The notes: generated by a model not told the origin, from the letters alone. A stretch of DNA of 64,000 nt from an uncultured Nitrospiraceae bacterium (GCA_963727805.1 CAVSHF010000004.1:32001-96000), one strand, 5' to 3'. Positions 50,678-59,939 are shown, counted from the stretch's first letter. Numbers and translations: made by a program.

Positions 50678-50808
50678 ATACAAGCCAGGGAAATGTATCA
50701 AAGGTGGCCGGGATTAATTGCTGGTCTTTTGTCCTCTTGACATGAGTTAACGTGCAGGTGAACATCTTAATGGGTGAAGGTCTTTGCTGAACACAAAAAA
50801 GCGGGATC

Positions 50809-51078
50809 TTATTTATAAACATCACCACGAGGCGCGATATTGACAATGGCTATGGTGAGAATCTCCGGCATTAACGCAAAGACGATCCGATAATCGCCAA
50901 CGCGAAGACGGTAAAGTCCCCTCAACTCGCCGGTCAACGGTTTTACATGGCGGTGTTCAATAGGTGAGTTGCATTCAGCCAACTCCTGGAGATCTTTTTT
51001 TATCCGCTTGCGAAGGTCCCTGTCGAGCCGGGTGAAATAGGCTTCAGCTTTGGACGATATCTTAATCGTCCAGGTCAT
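50809..51078 (-). CDS. RelE/ParE-family toxin
   Basis: KPLTG...GLYRLRVGDYRIVF ... RGDVYK. Confidence 0.9.
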   Translation of the reverse strand: MTWTIKISSKAEAYFTRLDRDLRKRIKKDLQELAECNSPIEHRHVKPLTGELRGLYRLRVGDYRIVFALMPEILTIAIVNIAPRGDVYK

Positions 51079-51301
51079 TTAAGATTTTCCCGCCACCAGC
51101 GTGGATTTCGGCTAGGCCCTCTTTGCACTCTTCTAGGAAGCCGGGTATGCCAAGCAGTTCTAGGGTCTCTTTGTGTCTACCAATATACTCATCGGTCAGT
51201 TCCGTATATATGTCGGAAAGCGATCTATTTTCGTAACCTGCGATAGCTCTGATGACCTTGAGGCGGTCATCAGGTAGTCTTAATGTCGTTGAGCCTTTCA
51301 T
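51062..51301 (-). CDS. Antitoxin (RHH-like) of the RelE pair
   Basis: TLRLPDD N-terminus, acidic C-terminus, ETLE.L; overlaps relE. Confidence 0.75.
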   Translation of the reverse strand: MKGSTTLRLPDDRLKVIRAIAGYENRSLSDIYTELTDEYIGRHKETLELLGIPGFLEECKEGLAEIHAGGGKILNDLDD

Positions 51302-51700
51302 TGTTTTTCACCAGTCCTTATAAGATACTTACTGTATTAATATTATAATACTATGATATTACAATATCAAGACACTCACATGTTATGGCAGTAAACTAAC
51401 AGGATCGATTACAGGGAACTACGTTGGAAGCTCTCCTTTTTCAGCAGTCCAGATCAAGATCTTGATTTGCACCGTTTTGCATGTGGGGGGCTGCCTGAGC
51501 GATTACTGGTCGGGCATGTGGGGTCCTTTTAAGTGTCAACACTTTTGTCAACATATATGAAAGAAATAGGCACTTTTTACCGGAAATAATGGTAAATAAG
51601 AGAAATGACAGAAATAACAGAAAGCTCAAAACACCCTGAAAACTAAAGTAAATCGCCCAAACCGTTGACAGACAATAGAATTAATAAAATGCTACTAACA

Positions 51701-52004
51701 CCCTCTCAAGGCTAAGACACGGGTTCGACTCCCGTTGGGACTACCAATAAAGCATTTTAGTTCACGGTTATATGGCCGGCAACCTACTGATCTATTTTAT
51801 TTTTCTCACTATCAAGTGTTAACACGTTTGTGCGCTTGAATAGTCCTGCAGCGTTGCCTTCGCAAGGCTAAGACACTGGTTCGCATCCATTTTGGATACG
51901 AAATAATATTGCAACAAAAACAAGGTGTTGCACCATCAACCATTTCTTTTTAAACGAATCATTATTAGCAACGTCATAAAAACGTAATAATGTCGAATCC
52001 CACA
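51701..52004 (+). repeat. Second copy of tRNA-Glu 3' half plus diverged ~260-bp tail (homologous to 44133-44437)
   Basis: Identical 46-bp core followed by alignable blocks (TCAAGTGTTAACAC, TGTGCGCTTGAATAGTC, GCAAGGCTAAGACACTGGTTC, GTCATAAAAACGT, TGTCGAATCCCACA). Confidence 0.9.
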
Positions 52005-52469
52005 CCTCCAGGTTTCACTGAGAAGAGTAAACGTTAGTTTCCCGTTCTAGTGCTCGCGTGTTTTTTTAACTGCGGATAAGGAATTAGTACGGGGAGGTGG
52101 CAAAAGTATGTGGGATGAACTTACCGATTATTTGATCATCGTATAGTTGAAAGTCAATACATCCCAAAATATTTTAGCATCTTACCAAAGATAAGGGCAT
52201 CCTCCATCTCGGTATTCATCATGTTTGAAGTGCTGATGTGTTGTATCGGCAATAATCGATAGTCGTTTCAAAATATCACCGAGATAGTTCTATCAATTGC
52301 ATGTCGTAATTATTGAGGGCAGCCACATCAAGGCTGCTGACTTAGTCCTGCTGAAAACGCTGTACCGCCAGCATACGAAATCTGATGATTTGCAAAATAA
52401 TCTATCAGTGCTCCCGCTACACAATTGGAGCATTAGACAGCATCACGCACGTGCCATTTCTTTATTCTT

Positions 52470-53882
52470 CTACTTGCCGAATGGACACACTGGATAGCGG
52501 CATTCGGCGCAATGCAGGCAGAGACCTCCGTGACCCAATGCGGCGAGGTCATCGCGGCCTATGCGTTCTCCTGCAAGAACACGCGGCACGACTACGTCGA
52601 AGATGGTAGTTTTATGATACATGCCGCATGCGGGGATACCGATTATCGGTACGGAACGAGTTGTGGAAGTATCGTCCAAATAGGCAATCAGAAACATAGC
52701 ACCAGGCAATACTGCAGATCCATACGTAATATCCTTTGCGCCAAGCTGGCGTATCGCAAACCGTGTCACGTCATCGGGGTCTACCGACATCCCGCCCGTT
52801 GTTATAAGCATGTCAGCCCCTTGCGCTAGCAGATCCTTCAGTTTTTCTTCTATTATTTTTTCATCGTCGGGAGCATAATGAATGCCGACAATGGTGCCAC
52901 CAAGTTCCGCTATCTTTCGGGACATAATCGGTCCAAAGGCATCGGCAATCCGACCATGATAGACTTCATTACCGGTGATTACAATACCTGCTTTTGGCTG
53001 CCGCATTGGTAGAACTTCAACAGCTCGCGGCTGTCCATGCACCGCCTGGACCGCTTTTTCAACGATAGTTTTCTTGACTACAAGCGGAATTGCACGCGTG
53101 GCAGCGACCACTTGGCCTTCGCGTACAACCGTATTGCCATGCAAAGATGCACACATCACGTCGCCGAGACGGTTAAAACGACGGAGTGCCTCGGTGTTTA
53201 TTTTCAGGAGGCCTTTTTGGGAAGCAACTAGGTTCAGCTTGCCTTCCTTAGGTTCGTCAGGTACAGACACACCACTCCCTTTCAGAGCATCAGCAATGAG
53301 AGCAGCTGCCTCATCTTCGTGTATCTCATCCTCCTGAATCGAAAGCACAAAAAGATTCTCCTTGCCCAACCGTTGCAGATGTTCAATATCGTCAGGACGG
53401 ACTATATGACCCTTGCGAAACGCACGCCCCTTAAATTCATCTTTTCGGATTTCGGTAATATCATGGGCAAGCGCCATCCCGATAGCCGCACTCACCGGTA
53501 CCGTCATGCCATCGTTGCGACTGCATGCTAATTCAGAAACATTATTATCAGCCCCGCCGAATATTTTGCTGAAACGGTCGTCAACAAGTTCGTGGATGCC
53601 CTGCTCAAGCATGCGGTATTTCTTCAGAAACTGTTTAGCCTCTTCTGTCAGACAGGCTCCGCCACCGTCCTTGCCCCCTGTTTGACAATCGACGAGCGCG
53701 AATCCAAGCCGCTTCTCCATTGCTTTGATATAGCCCCATGCTTTTCGATAGGATATGTTAACTTCCTTTGCCGCCTGAGTGATCGAGCCGTGCTTGTCTA
53801 TGGACTCAAGCAGGAATCTTCGTCCTCTGCCAAATACCGGTTGTCCATCTACCTCTATCCAAAGCTTCGAACGTATCTCCAT
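52470..53882 (-). CDS. ModE-type HTH fused to molybdopterin-binding (MoeA/MogA-like) domain
   Basis: G.GR..LL..I...GSI..AA....SYRKAW; then HDITEI...FKG.AF.KGH, TGGMSVDPDD.T, LPG.M, GGLC..C..C.YP.CPFGK. Confidence 0.8.
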   Translation of the reverse strand: MEIRSKLWIEVDGQPVFGRGRRFLLESIDKHGSITQAAKEVNISYRKAWGYIKAMEKRLGFALVDCQTGGKDGGGACLTEEAKQFLKKYRMLEQGIHELVDDRFSKIFGGADNNVSELACSRNDGMTVPVSAAIGMALAHDITEIRKDEFKGRAFRKGHIVRPDDIEHLQRLGKENLFVLSIQEDEIHEDEAAALIADALKGSGVSVPDEPKEGKLNLVASQKGLLKINTEALRRFNRLGDVMCASLHGNTVVREGQVVAATRAIPLVVKKTIVEKAVQAVHGQPRAVEVLPMRQPKAGIVITGNEVYHGRIADAFGPIMSRKIAELGGTIVGIHYAPDDEKIIEEKLKDLLAQGADMLITTGGMSVDPDDVTRFAIRQLGAKDITYGSAVLPGAMFLIAYLDDTSTTRSVPIIGIPACGMYHKTTIFDVVVPRVLAGERIGRDDLAALGHGGLCLHCAECRYPVCPFGK

Positions 53883-53901
53883 AGTAATCCTTCCCTCATT
53901 C

Positions 53902-53924
53902 CGTTATGGATTTATTGCATAACG
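53902..53924. promoter_or_regulatory. ModE-box-like operator upstream of the modE fusion
   Basis: CGTTATG-N9-CATAACG perfect 7-bp inverted repeat resembling the CGTTAT...ATAACG ModE consensus. Confidence 0.65.
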
Positions 53925-53928
53925 CATG

Positions 53929-54567
53929 TCAAAAAATATCATCTTTCTGAGACTTATAATATCCACCTCCGGCACATACTCGGCATAAGACTTTCTCCCC
54001 TTTACAAACTTCCCGCATGTCCTGAATATACTCAGCACACAAATCGCATCTTACCCTTCCCAACGGCCTGCCGGGTATGTCCTCGGGCTTAAGGTCTATC
54101 TTCACATCCATAACATCAAAAAGCTCCCTGTCAGTCATGATTTTATATGCCTGAAGCTGGGCCTCGTACTTGTTTTTAATCTCAGGAAAATATTCCTTCG
54201 CCCTCTGCCTCGATTCCTCTTTTGCTATAACCCTCACGGCCTTGCCAGTCTTGAGGTTCAGAAATGTTGCCGCCATCTTACCGTAGTCCATGAACTTCAT
54301 AGTGCGATGGCCCAGGCTGCATCCAGTAACAGACTGAACCGCATCAGTAGCACAGCGGTCCATTTCAACAAAGACGATAATACTCTTTCTGTCCTTCCCC
54401 TTCGGATCTTCGATGCCTATCTCACGGAGCCCGAGAATGGACATCTTAACTCCCAGCACTTGGCCAGGGCAGAGGTGTCCATGGATCCTTGTCGACTCAG
54501 CGAGAAGAGATTCAAACCCTGAAGTCCGATCCAGCTCTTCGCTCTTATTCATTTTGTCATCTCTCAA
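53929..54567 (-). CDS. FmdE family protein
   Basis: HGHLCPGQVLG, E.DRC..DAVQ..TGC..G, DYGK.AATF, C-terminal C..C...C..C. Confidence 0.88.
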   Translation of the reverse strand: MRDDKMNKSEELDRTSGFESLLAESTRIHGHLCPGQVLGVKMSILGLREIGIEDPKGKDRKSIIVFVEMDRCATDAVQSVTGCSLGHRTMKFMDYGKMAATFLNLKTGKAVRVIAKEESRQRAKEYFPEIKNKYEAQLQAYKIMTDRELFDVMDVKIDLKPEDIPGRPLGRVRCDLCAEYIQDMREVCKGEKVLCRVCAGGGYYKSQKDDIF

Positions 54568-55153
54568 TCAGGTCGATCATAGACCGAGTCACTCTTGCCA
54601 ATGTTTTATAAAATGAGAGATCAGCTGCATCTTCCATGTCCAGTGCGAATTGCGGCGCCCACTTTAGAATATGATCAGAAAGAAACCCTTTTGCGAGGTC
54701 CCGATAGTATGGTTCTTTTCCGGGATCACTATTCGCCTTCTGAAGAACAACAGCGAGGAAGTTAAGCTCCGCCCCGATGTGATCCGCCATGATGCCCTGA
54801 TTGTTGACAGTCAACCCGGCTTTGCTGTAATAGTCCCTGACTTCGTCGTATGCTTCTTGCATCAGGAGTCTTTTCGGTGACGTATAAACGGACTCCCAAG
54901 GAGGACATGGCAACTTGTAAGGACCGATAAATAGTCTGGTGTATTCCCATAACAAATCTTCCAACTCACTGTCTGACGAGATGTCTATTTTATCCAAGGC
55001 ATTCTTCAAGTCTGACAGAATATCCGGGACTGCTTCTGATAACAAAGCTCTCCAGCTATCCAACGTCTCTCTATCTGGTTTGCATAGATACATGCTTCCC
55101 AAAAGCCCGCATGCGTCTATCAGCTCGCTATCCGTCATCGTAGCATTTTGCAT
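54557..55153 (-). CDS. TorD/DmsD-family molybdoenzyme chaperone
   Basis: EYTRLFIGP, PPWESVY, DHIGAELNFL. Start after GGAG RBS. Confidence 0.9.
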   Translation of the reverse strand: MQNATMTDSELIDACGLLGSMYLCKPDRETLDSWRALLSEAVPDILSDLKNALDKIDISSDSELEDLLWEYTRLFIGPYKLPCPPWESVYTSPKRLLMQEAYDEVRDYYSKAGLTVNNQGIMADHIGAELNFLAVVLQKANSDPGKEPYYRDLAKGFLSDHILKWAPQFALDMEDAADLSFYKTLARVTRSMIDLIER

Positions 55154-55227
55154 AATCCGAAACTCCTTAAAGGAACTTTTGTGCAGGGGCAACCCAGTGG
55201 TTACCCCTGCGGTCTCTGGTTAAAAGC

Positions 55228-55818
55228 CTACTTCTTTATATTCTTTGCCTCTACGAACCTTATTGACGGGATGGTCAGTTTTGGGTCGGCAAAATGCGGC
55301 AGCCGGTCCTGAATCTTGGTTTTAAAAACTGGATCTGGAAAGGCATTGCCAGCTTCGACATCGGGCATTTTGCCATTTGAAAGGGCATAGCCCATGCAGG
55401 TTCTGACACAGGCAGGTGGGAGACCAGCCTTCAATCTGTGTATGCAAAAATCACACTTGTCCACCTTCTTTTCCTTTTCATTAAATTGAGGGGCACCGTA
55501 AGGACAAGCCGCCATACAGCGCTTGCATCCGATGCATTTCTTCTTGTCATGAAGAACTACGCCGAATTCCTCTTCCTTGGAGTACGCTCCCACAGGGCAA
55601 GCTTTCAGGCACGATGGTTCCTCACAGTGATTGCAAGAAACCGAAATATATCTCACTTCCGGATTAGGATACTTTCCCGCTTCCTGGATAATGACCCTCC
55701 TTCGTCTAATGCCGACGGGGAGGTCGAATTCCTGCTTGCAGCCGGACTCGCAACCCCGGCAAGCGATGCAATTATTTTCATTGTAAAGCCATGTCATCTG
55801 TTTAGGGTTCTTTGCCAT
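55228..55818 (-). CDS. 4x[4Fe-4S] electron-transfer subunit (DmsB/PsrB-like)
   Basis: CIACRGCESGC, CNHC..P.C...CP, CIGCKRCMAACP, CDFC...P.C...C. Confidence 0.92.
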   Translation of the reverse strand: MAKNPKQMTWLYNENNCIACRGCESGCKQEFDLPVGIRRRRVIIQEAGKYPNPEVRYISVSCNHCEEPSCLKACPVGAYSKEEEFGVVLHDKKKCIGCKRCMAACPYGAPQFNEKEKKVDKCDFCIHRLKAGLPPACVRTCMGYALSNGKMPDVEAGNAFPDPVFKTKIQDRLPHFADPKLTIPSIRFVEAKNIKK

Positions 55819-55829
55819 TTGTCCCTCCT

Positions 55830-58160
55830 CTACGCCCTTGTTACCTTAACGCCGATTTCTTTGTGGACAGCCATGCCTGAAGTTTTCTCAGACACACCAG
55901 CAAGGAATTGTCCATCTCCGGTGCCTTCGGGAGACCACCTGTTAATCTTGTTCATTGAACCTCTTGCGATCTTCCCGAACCCCCAATGTCCAAATCCATG
56001 ATGAAGAGCCACTACCTCCGGATGGATCCTCTCCGTTACCTGAACTGACCCCTTTGCCTTTGCATAAGGGGACTCTATCCATATAGGGTCTCCGTCCTTA
56101 AGTCCAAGCCTAGCAGCTGTGGCGGTATTCATGAGAAGAGGATTATCAGGCTTCATCTCCATCAGCCAGTCGTTGTTAAACGTCCTTGAATGGGTGTGTT
56201 CGGCCTGCTTATAGTTGACTAGATAGAGAGGAAACTCAGGGGTCGGATTGTATATAGGCTCAACATAGTCAGGCAATGGATTTAGTCCCTTCTTCGCCAT
56301 CTGTTCAGAATAGAACTCTATCTTCTTCGACGGAGTTGCAAAGCCTTTTTCTTTATACTTTTCATAATGGGTCTCGCCACCGATGAACACGGCTCCAGGA
56401 AGAGCCAACATTTCATCCAGGGTCTTTCCTATGGGTCCGTTTTTGAGCTGATCGGACATGTATTCCGGATAAGTATCAGGCAGGGTCTTGCCGTCCTTGT
56501 CCTTCAGTCCCATCTTTTTTGCCAGGGCGAGGATGAACTCCTGTTCAGTCATCCCGTTTATTACCGACTTGACCGCAGGCTGCCTTATTGACGTCGCGGG
56601 GAAGGTAACCCAGTTTCCATGTATCTCCCATCTCTCCAGGTAGTGACTGCCCGGTATCACGATATCAGCAAGCTCTGCTAGCTCGCTCATCATCGTATCC
56701 AGAACGACAACGTAATCGAGTTTCTTGACCGCCTCGATGTTCTTCTTCGTATTGGGGACAGACATAATAAAGTTTTGGAACATAAATACGCCTGCTCTGA
56801 GCTGGTAAGGTTGCCCTGAAATCATGGCATCCCTTGTCTCGGTGTATATCCCAGACGAATGAGCGAAGGGATACTTTGTACCTAGACCATCAATCCTAGC
56901 TGCCTTAGGTTTGTCCACGTCAAATGCCCTGCGCTTGCCCCCCTTTGCCTCTCTGCTTATCATTGTGCCGGGTTTATCGTACTGCCCCAAGAGAGCAGGC
57001 AACATTGCAATGGCTCTTCCGCCATCGGTTGCATTGGTGTGGTGCCCGGGGCCGCTCCATGTGTCGATGGCAGCGGGTTTTGTGGATGCAAGCTCTTTTG
57101 CTATCCTTCTAGTTGTTTCGGCTGGTACCGAGGTGATCTTCTCGGCCCATTCCGGGGTTTTATCTTTCACAAGCTCCGCATACTTATCGAAGCCGACTGT
57201 ATAATTATTTATAAACTCTTGGTCATGCCAGCCATTTTTAACTATCTCATGCCCCAGCGCGAGAGCAAATGCTCCGTCGGTGCCCGGTCTGATGGGAACC
57301 CATTCATCAGCCTTTGCGGCTGTCTGGTTATAGAAGGGATCGACATAGACCATCTTTGCGCCTTTAGCTTTCCCCCAATTCCAGATTCCCGGAAGGTGCG
57401 CCCACTTTGTAGCCGCAAGCATATTCCAGCCGAATACAAGGGCATACTTAGTATTGGCGAAATCGGGGAGTGGTCTGTCATCGCCCATCACCAGCTTAAA
57501 GGAGGCCTTTCTTGCGACATCGCAGGTATTGGAATGCATCGAGTAGTTTGGAGAGCCATACAGGAGGTTGAAGTCCGCTTGCATGTCGGTGAATGAGGAA
57601 TCCTCAGTGCACCAGAACATCGTCTCGGGTCCATATTTCTCTCGGATGTCTAATAGGTTTCTTGAAACGTCATCGAGGGCCTCCTCCCACGAAATGGCTT
57701 TCCACTTGCCAGATTCTCTCGGTCCCACTCTCTTCATAGGTGTTTTCAGCCTGTCGGGATCGTAAAGCGCTCTCGCCCCGGCATTACCCTTTGCGCAGAT
57801 CCTTCCGCCAAGAGTCTTTTTCTGTTCGTAATCTGTCGAGATATTGGCCACACCTATGGGGTTGAATTCGCTTGGTTCTATCTTAACGACTCTGCCATCT
57901 ACAACATGGACTTTTATCCCAGATGTCCCGCCGCACATATGGCATGTCGTATATATCCACTTGCCTTTCCCTGCCATTTTCTCCTCTGCCGATGCCTCCC
58001 TGAAAAGACCGAGTTTGTCATCCCACAGAAGGCCGCTCGCAATGGCTGCACCTGCAAGGGCTGACGACCATTTAAGGAAGGACCGCCTGCTAAATTCTTG
58101 TCCTGTCGTTTTTTCGAAAATGTCTTTTTCGTCTTCGGTGATCATTCTGTTTTCGCTCAT
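55830..58160 (-). CDS. Tat-exported DMSO-reductase-family molybdoenzyme catalytic subunit (Cys-ligated, PsrA/PhsA/SrrA/ArrA/AnrA-like group)
   Basis: SRRSFLK Tat motif, CHMC...C FS0 site, YDPDRLKTP, GSPN...HSNTC, IRPGTD, ADIV.P...YLE, C-terminal Mo-binding domain. Start after AAGGAGG RBS. Confidence 0.9.
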   Translation of the reverse strand: MSENRMITEDEKDIFEKTTGQEFSRRSFLKWSSALAGAAIASGLLWDDKLGLFREASAEEKMAGKGKWIYTTCHMCGGTSGIKVHVVDGRVVKIEPSEFNPIGVANISTDYEQKKTLGGRICAKGNAGARALYDPDRLKTPMKRVGPRESGKWKAISWEEALDDVSRNLLDIREKYGPETMFWCTEDSSFTDMQADFNLLYGSPNYSMHSNTCDVARKASFKLVMGDDRPLPDFANTKYALVFGWNMLAATKWAHLPGIWNWGKAKGAKMVYVDPFYNQTAAKADEWVPIRPGTDGAFALALGHEIVKNGWHDQEFINNYTVGFDKYAELVKDKTPEWAEKITSVPAETTRRIAKELASTKPAAIDTWSGPGHHTNATDGGRAIAMLPALLGQYDKPGTMISREAKGGKRRAFDVDKPKAARIDGLGTKYPFAHSSGIYTETRDAMISGQPYQLRAGVFMFQNFIMSVPNTKKNIEAVKKLDYVVVLDTMMSELAELADIVIPGSHYLERWEIHGNWVTFPATSIRQPAVKSVINGMTEQEFILALAKKMGLKDKDGKTLPDTYPEYMSDQLKNGPIGKTLDEMLALPGAVFIGGETHYEKYKEKGFATPSKKIEFYSEQMAKKGLNPLPDYVEPIYNPTPEFPLYLVNYKQAEHTHSRTFNNDWLMEMKPDNPLLMNTATAARLGLKDGDPIWIESPYAKAKGSVQVTERIHPEVVALHHGFGHWGFGKIARGSMNKINRWSPEGTGDGQFLAGVSEKTSGMAVHKEIGVKVTRA

Positions 58161-58170
58161 TCGATCCTCC

Positions 58171-58524
58171 TTACTTTGCAAATAAATTCCACGCGCCATT
58201 CACACCGCCGCTGTGGCAACCAGCACAGACTTGAGGGTCAACCTCTTTCCTTAATGAGGCCGCTGAACTGTCCCTCAGATCGACAGATTGATGACAGTCT
58301 GTACACAGCTTCGGCGTTGCGAGTTTCGATTCGAGGTGGACCCGGTGAAACATCTTATACTTTTTGTTGAGCGACACTTCCTTCAGGACACTTGCATGAC
58401 AGTTCAAACATTCCTTGTTGCTGAGTTTGGCTGCGTTCTTATGGAGGTCTACAAGGTTCTGCTCCAACGCAACCGCGCTCGTGGAAAACATCAGCACCAG
58501 ACAAATAACCAAGGCATTCCGCAT
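58171..58524 (-). CDS. Small periplasmic triheme cytochrome c
   Basis: Sec signal (AVA) and three CxxCH motifs: CLNCH, CTDCH, CAGCH. Confidence 0.85.
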   Translation of the reverse strand: MRNALVICLVLMFSTSAVALEQNLVDLHKNAAKLSNKECLNCHASVLKEVSLNKKYKMFHRVHLESKLATPKLCTDCHQSVDLRDSSAASLRKEVDPQVCAGCHSGGVNGAWNLFAK

Positions 58525-58802
58525 GATTTCCTCCTTTTATATATTGCTATTCTGCACTGACTCTGTGCTCCAATGCTTTGACCTGCCTCCATGCATAAGT
58601 GAGTAATCTTAGCGATATTAACACATATACTTTAGTATATGCGTTGAATACGTGTTGAATAGGAGTCAGCTCACTTGCCGTATGTCTCAGCTCAGGGCAT
58701 TTTCATCCTTTTCCCCTGTTATCAATTAATAATATACAGATTATTTTGGTATAGTTAAATATATGAAAGATTATACGATAATTCATGGAGGTTCGCAAAG
58801 AC

Positions 58803-59153
58803 ATGAAGAATATGATAGATGTCTTTAAGTCACTGACTGATGAGACCAGGCTCAGGATACTGAAACTCCTGGAAAACGGAGAACTCTGCGTTTGCGAGAT
58901 TGTTGCCGCTGTGAATGTTGTGCAGCCCCAGGTGTCTTTCCATCTCCGTACATTGAAACACGCCGGACTGGTCAAGGATAGCAAACATGGCAAATGGACA
59001 CATTACCGCCTCGACGATTCAGATATATTTAAAAGGTTTCTTTTGATGGGCGTACTGGAAAGGGTAGAGGGTGATAAGATCCTGAAAGATAGATCAAGAC
59101 TCGAAAAATTCCGCCAGGGCAAGGATGTTGCGGCTGCCTGTGGCAAGTGTTGA
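58803..59153 (+). CDS. arsR: ArsR/SmtB repressor
   Basis: FKSL.DETRLRI, ELCVCE, VSFHL..LK.AGLV; C-terminal CGKC. Confidence 0.9.
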   Translation: MKNMIDVFKSLTDETRLRILKLLENGELCVCEIVAAVNVVQPQVSFHLRTLKHAGLVKDSKHGKWTHYRLDDSDIFKRFLLMGVLERVEGDKILKDRSRLEKFRQGKDVAAACGKC

Positions 59154-59304
59154 AAGGAATTCCATCATTAGTGAGAAAAGCGGTGGCAGAATTTAATGCG
59201 ATTGTAACACTTCTGTAATCACAAAGTGGTAATACTAAACATAGTTTACGAAAAAGCGGATGATCTTATAGGGCCGGTTTACGAAAGAATGAGGAGGTAG
59301 AGAT

Positions 59305-59775
59305 ATGGATAAGAAACGTGTGTTGTTCGTATGCATTCACAATAGTGCAAGGAGTCAGATGGCACAAGCTTTTCTGAACTTGATAGCCGGGGATCGTTTT
59401 GTGGCTGAGAGCGCAGGTCTCGAAGCCGGTACATTAAATCCCATTGCAGTAGAAGCGATGGCTGAAGTGGGCATTGATATATCAGGCAATACCACCCGGA
59501 GAGCGTTTGATTTGCTTAAAAGCGGCAAGCGTTTCCAATACGTTATTACCGTTTGCGATGCGGCAAATGCACAGAAGTGTCCTGTGTTCCCCGGCGCGCT
59601 ACAGCACATAAACTGGAGTTTCCCCGATCCTGCTCAATTGCAGGGTACTCACGAAGAGAAAATGACGGAAGTCAGAAAGATTCGTGATGCTATTAAAGCA
59701 AAAATAGAGTCTTGGGTCTCCGATAAGAGAGAGCGCACCGGGGTTGAGATTCCACCTTTCAAAGTCGGGTTATAA
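59305..59775 (+). CDS. arsC: Thioredoxin-type (LMW-PTP fold) arsenate reductase
   Basis: [20 protein letters not shown]....CPVFP, W.F.DP. Confidence 0.88.
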   Translation: MDKKRVLFVCIHNSARSQMAQAFLNLIAGDRFVAESAGLEAGTLNPIAVEAMAEVGIDISGNTTRRAFDLLKSGKRFQYVITVCDAANAQKCPVFPGALQHINWSFPDPAQLQGTHEEKMTEVRKIRDAIKAKIESWVSDKRERTGVEIPPFKVGL

Positions 59776-59889
59776 TCTCCTCGAAAAGCCTTAGCATCTT
59801 CTTTTTTAGCGAGTCCTGTATCACTCTTGATATTCGCTTATAGACTGTCCAGATTTTTCTGATTGCAGTACAAACAGCCCATTCCCTAC

Positions 59890-59918
59890 TTGACATCATA
59901 TAAAATTTAGTTTATGTT
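59890..59918 (+). promoter_or_regulatory. Sigma-70 promoter with overlapping ArsR-type operator
   Basis: TTGACA-N17-TATGTT; ATAAA-N6-TTTAT palindrome at 59900-59915. Confidence 0.65.
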
Positions 59919-59939
59919 TAAATTAGGGGAAGGGAAAGA

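Larger units (their letters stand above)
44133..51746. mobile_element. Genomic island in tRNA-Glu bounded by a 46-bp direct repeat; no integrase gene in view
   Basis: CCCTCTCAAGGCTAAGACACGGGTTCGACTCCCGTTGGGACTACCA at 44133-44178 and 51701-51746; cargo of TA pairs and a primase-helicase. Confidence 0.8.

Noticed and set aside
51701..51746. Second functional tRNA-Glu
   Set aside because: Only the 3' 46 nt are present; the acceptor 5' strand and D-arm are missing. Treated as an att repeat.
44179..52469. Prophage or integrase gene within the island
   Set aside because: No tyrosine or serine recombinase and no capsid, terminase or tail ORFs are recognisable.
55830..58160. Canonical respiratory arsenate reductase ArrA, ArxA or arsenite oxidase AioA
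   Set aside because: No (R/K)GRY or GRGWG signature and no Rieske subunit; left as an unassigned Cys-ligated family member.
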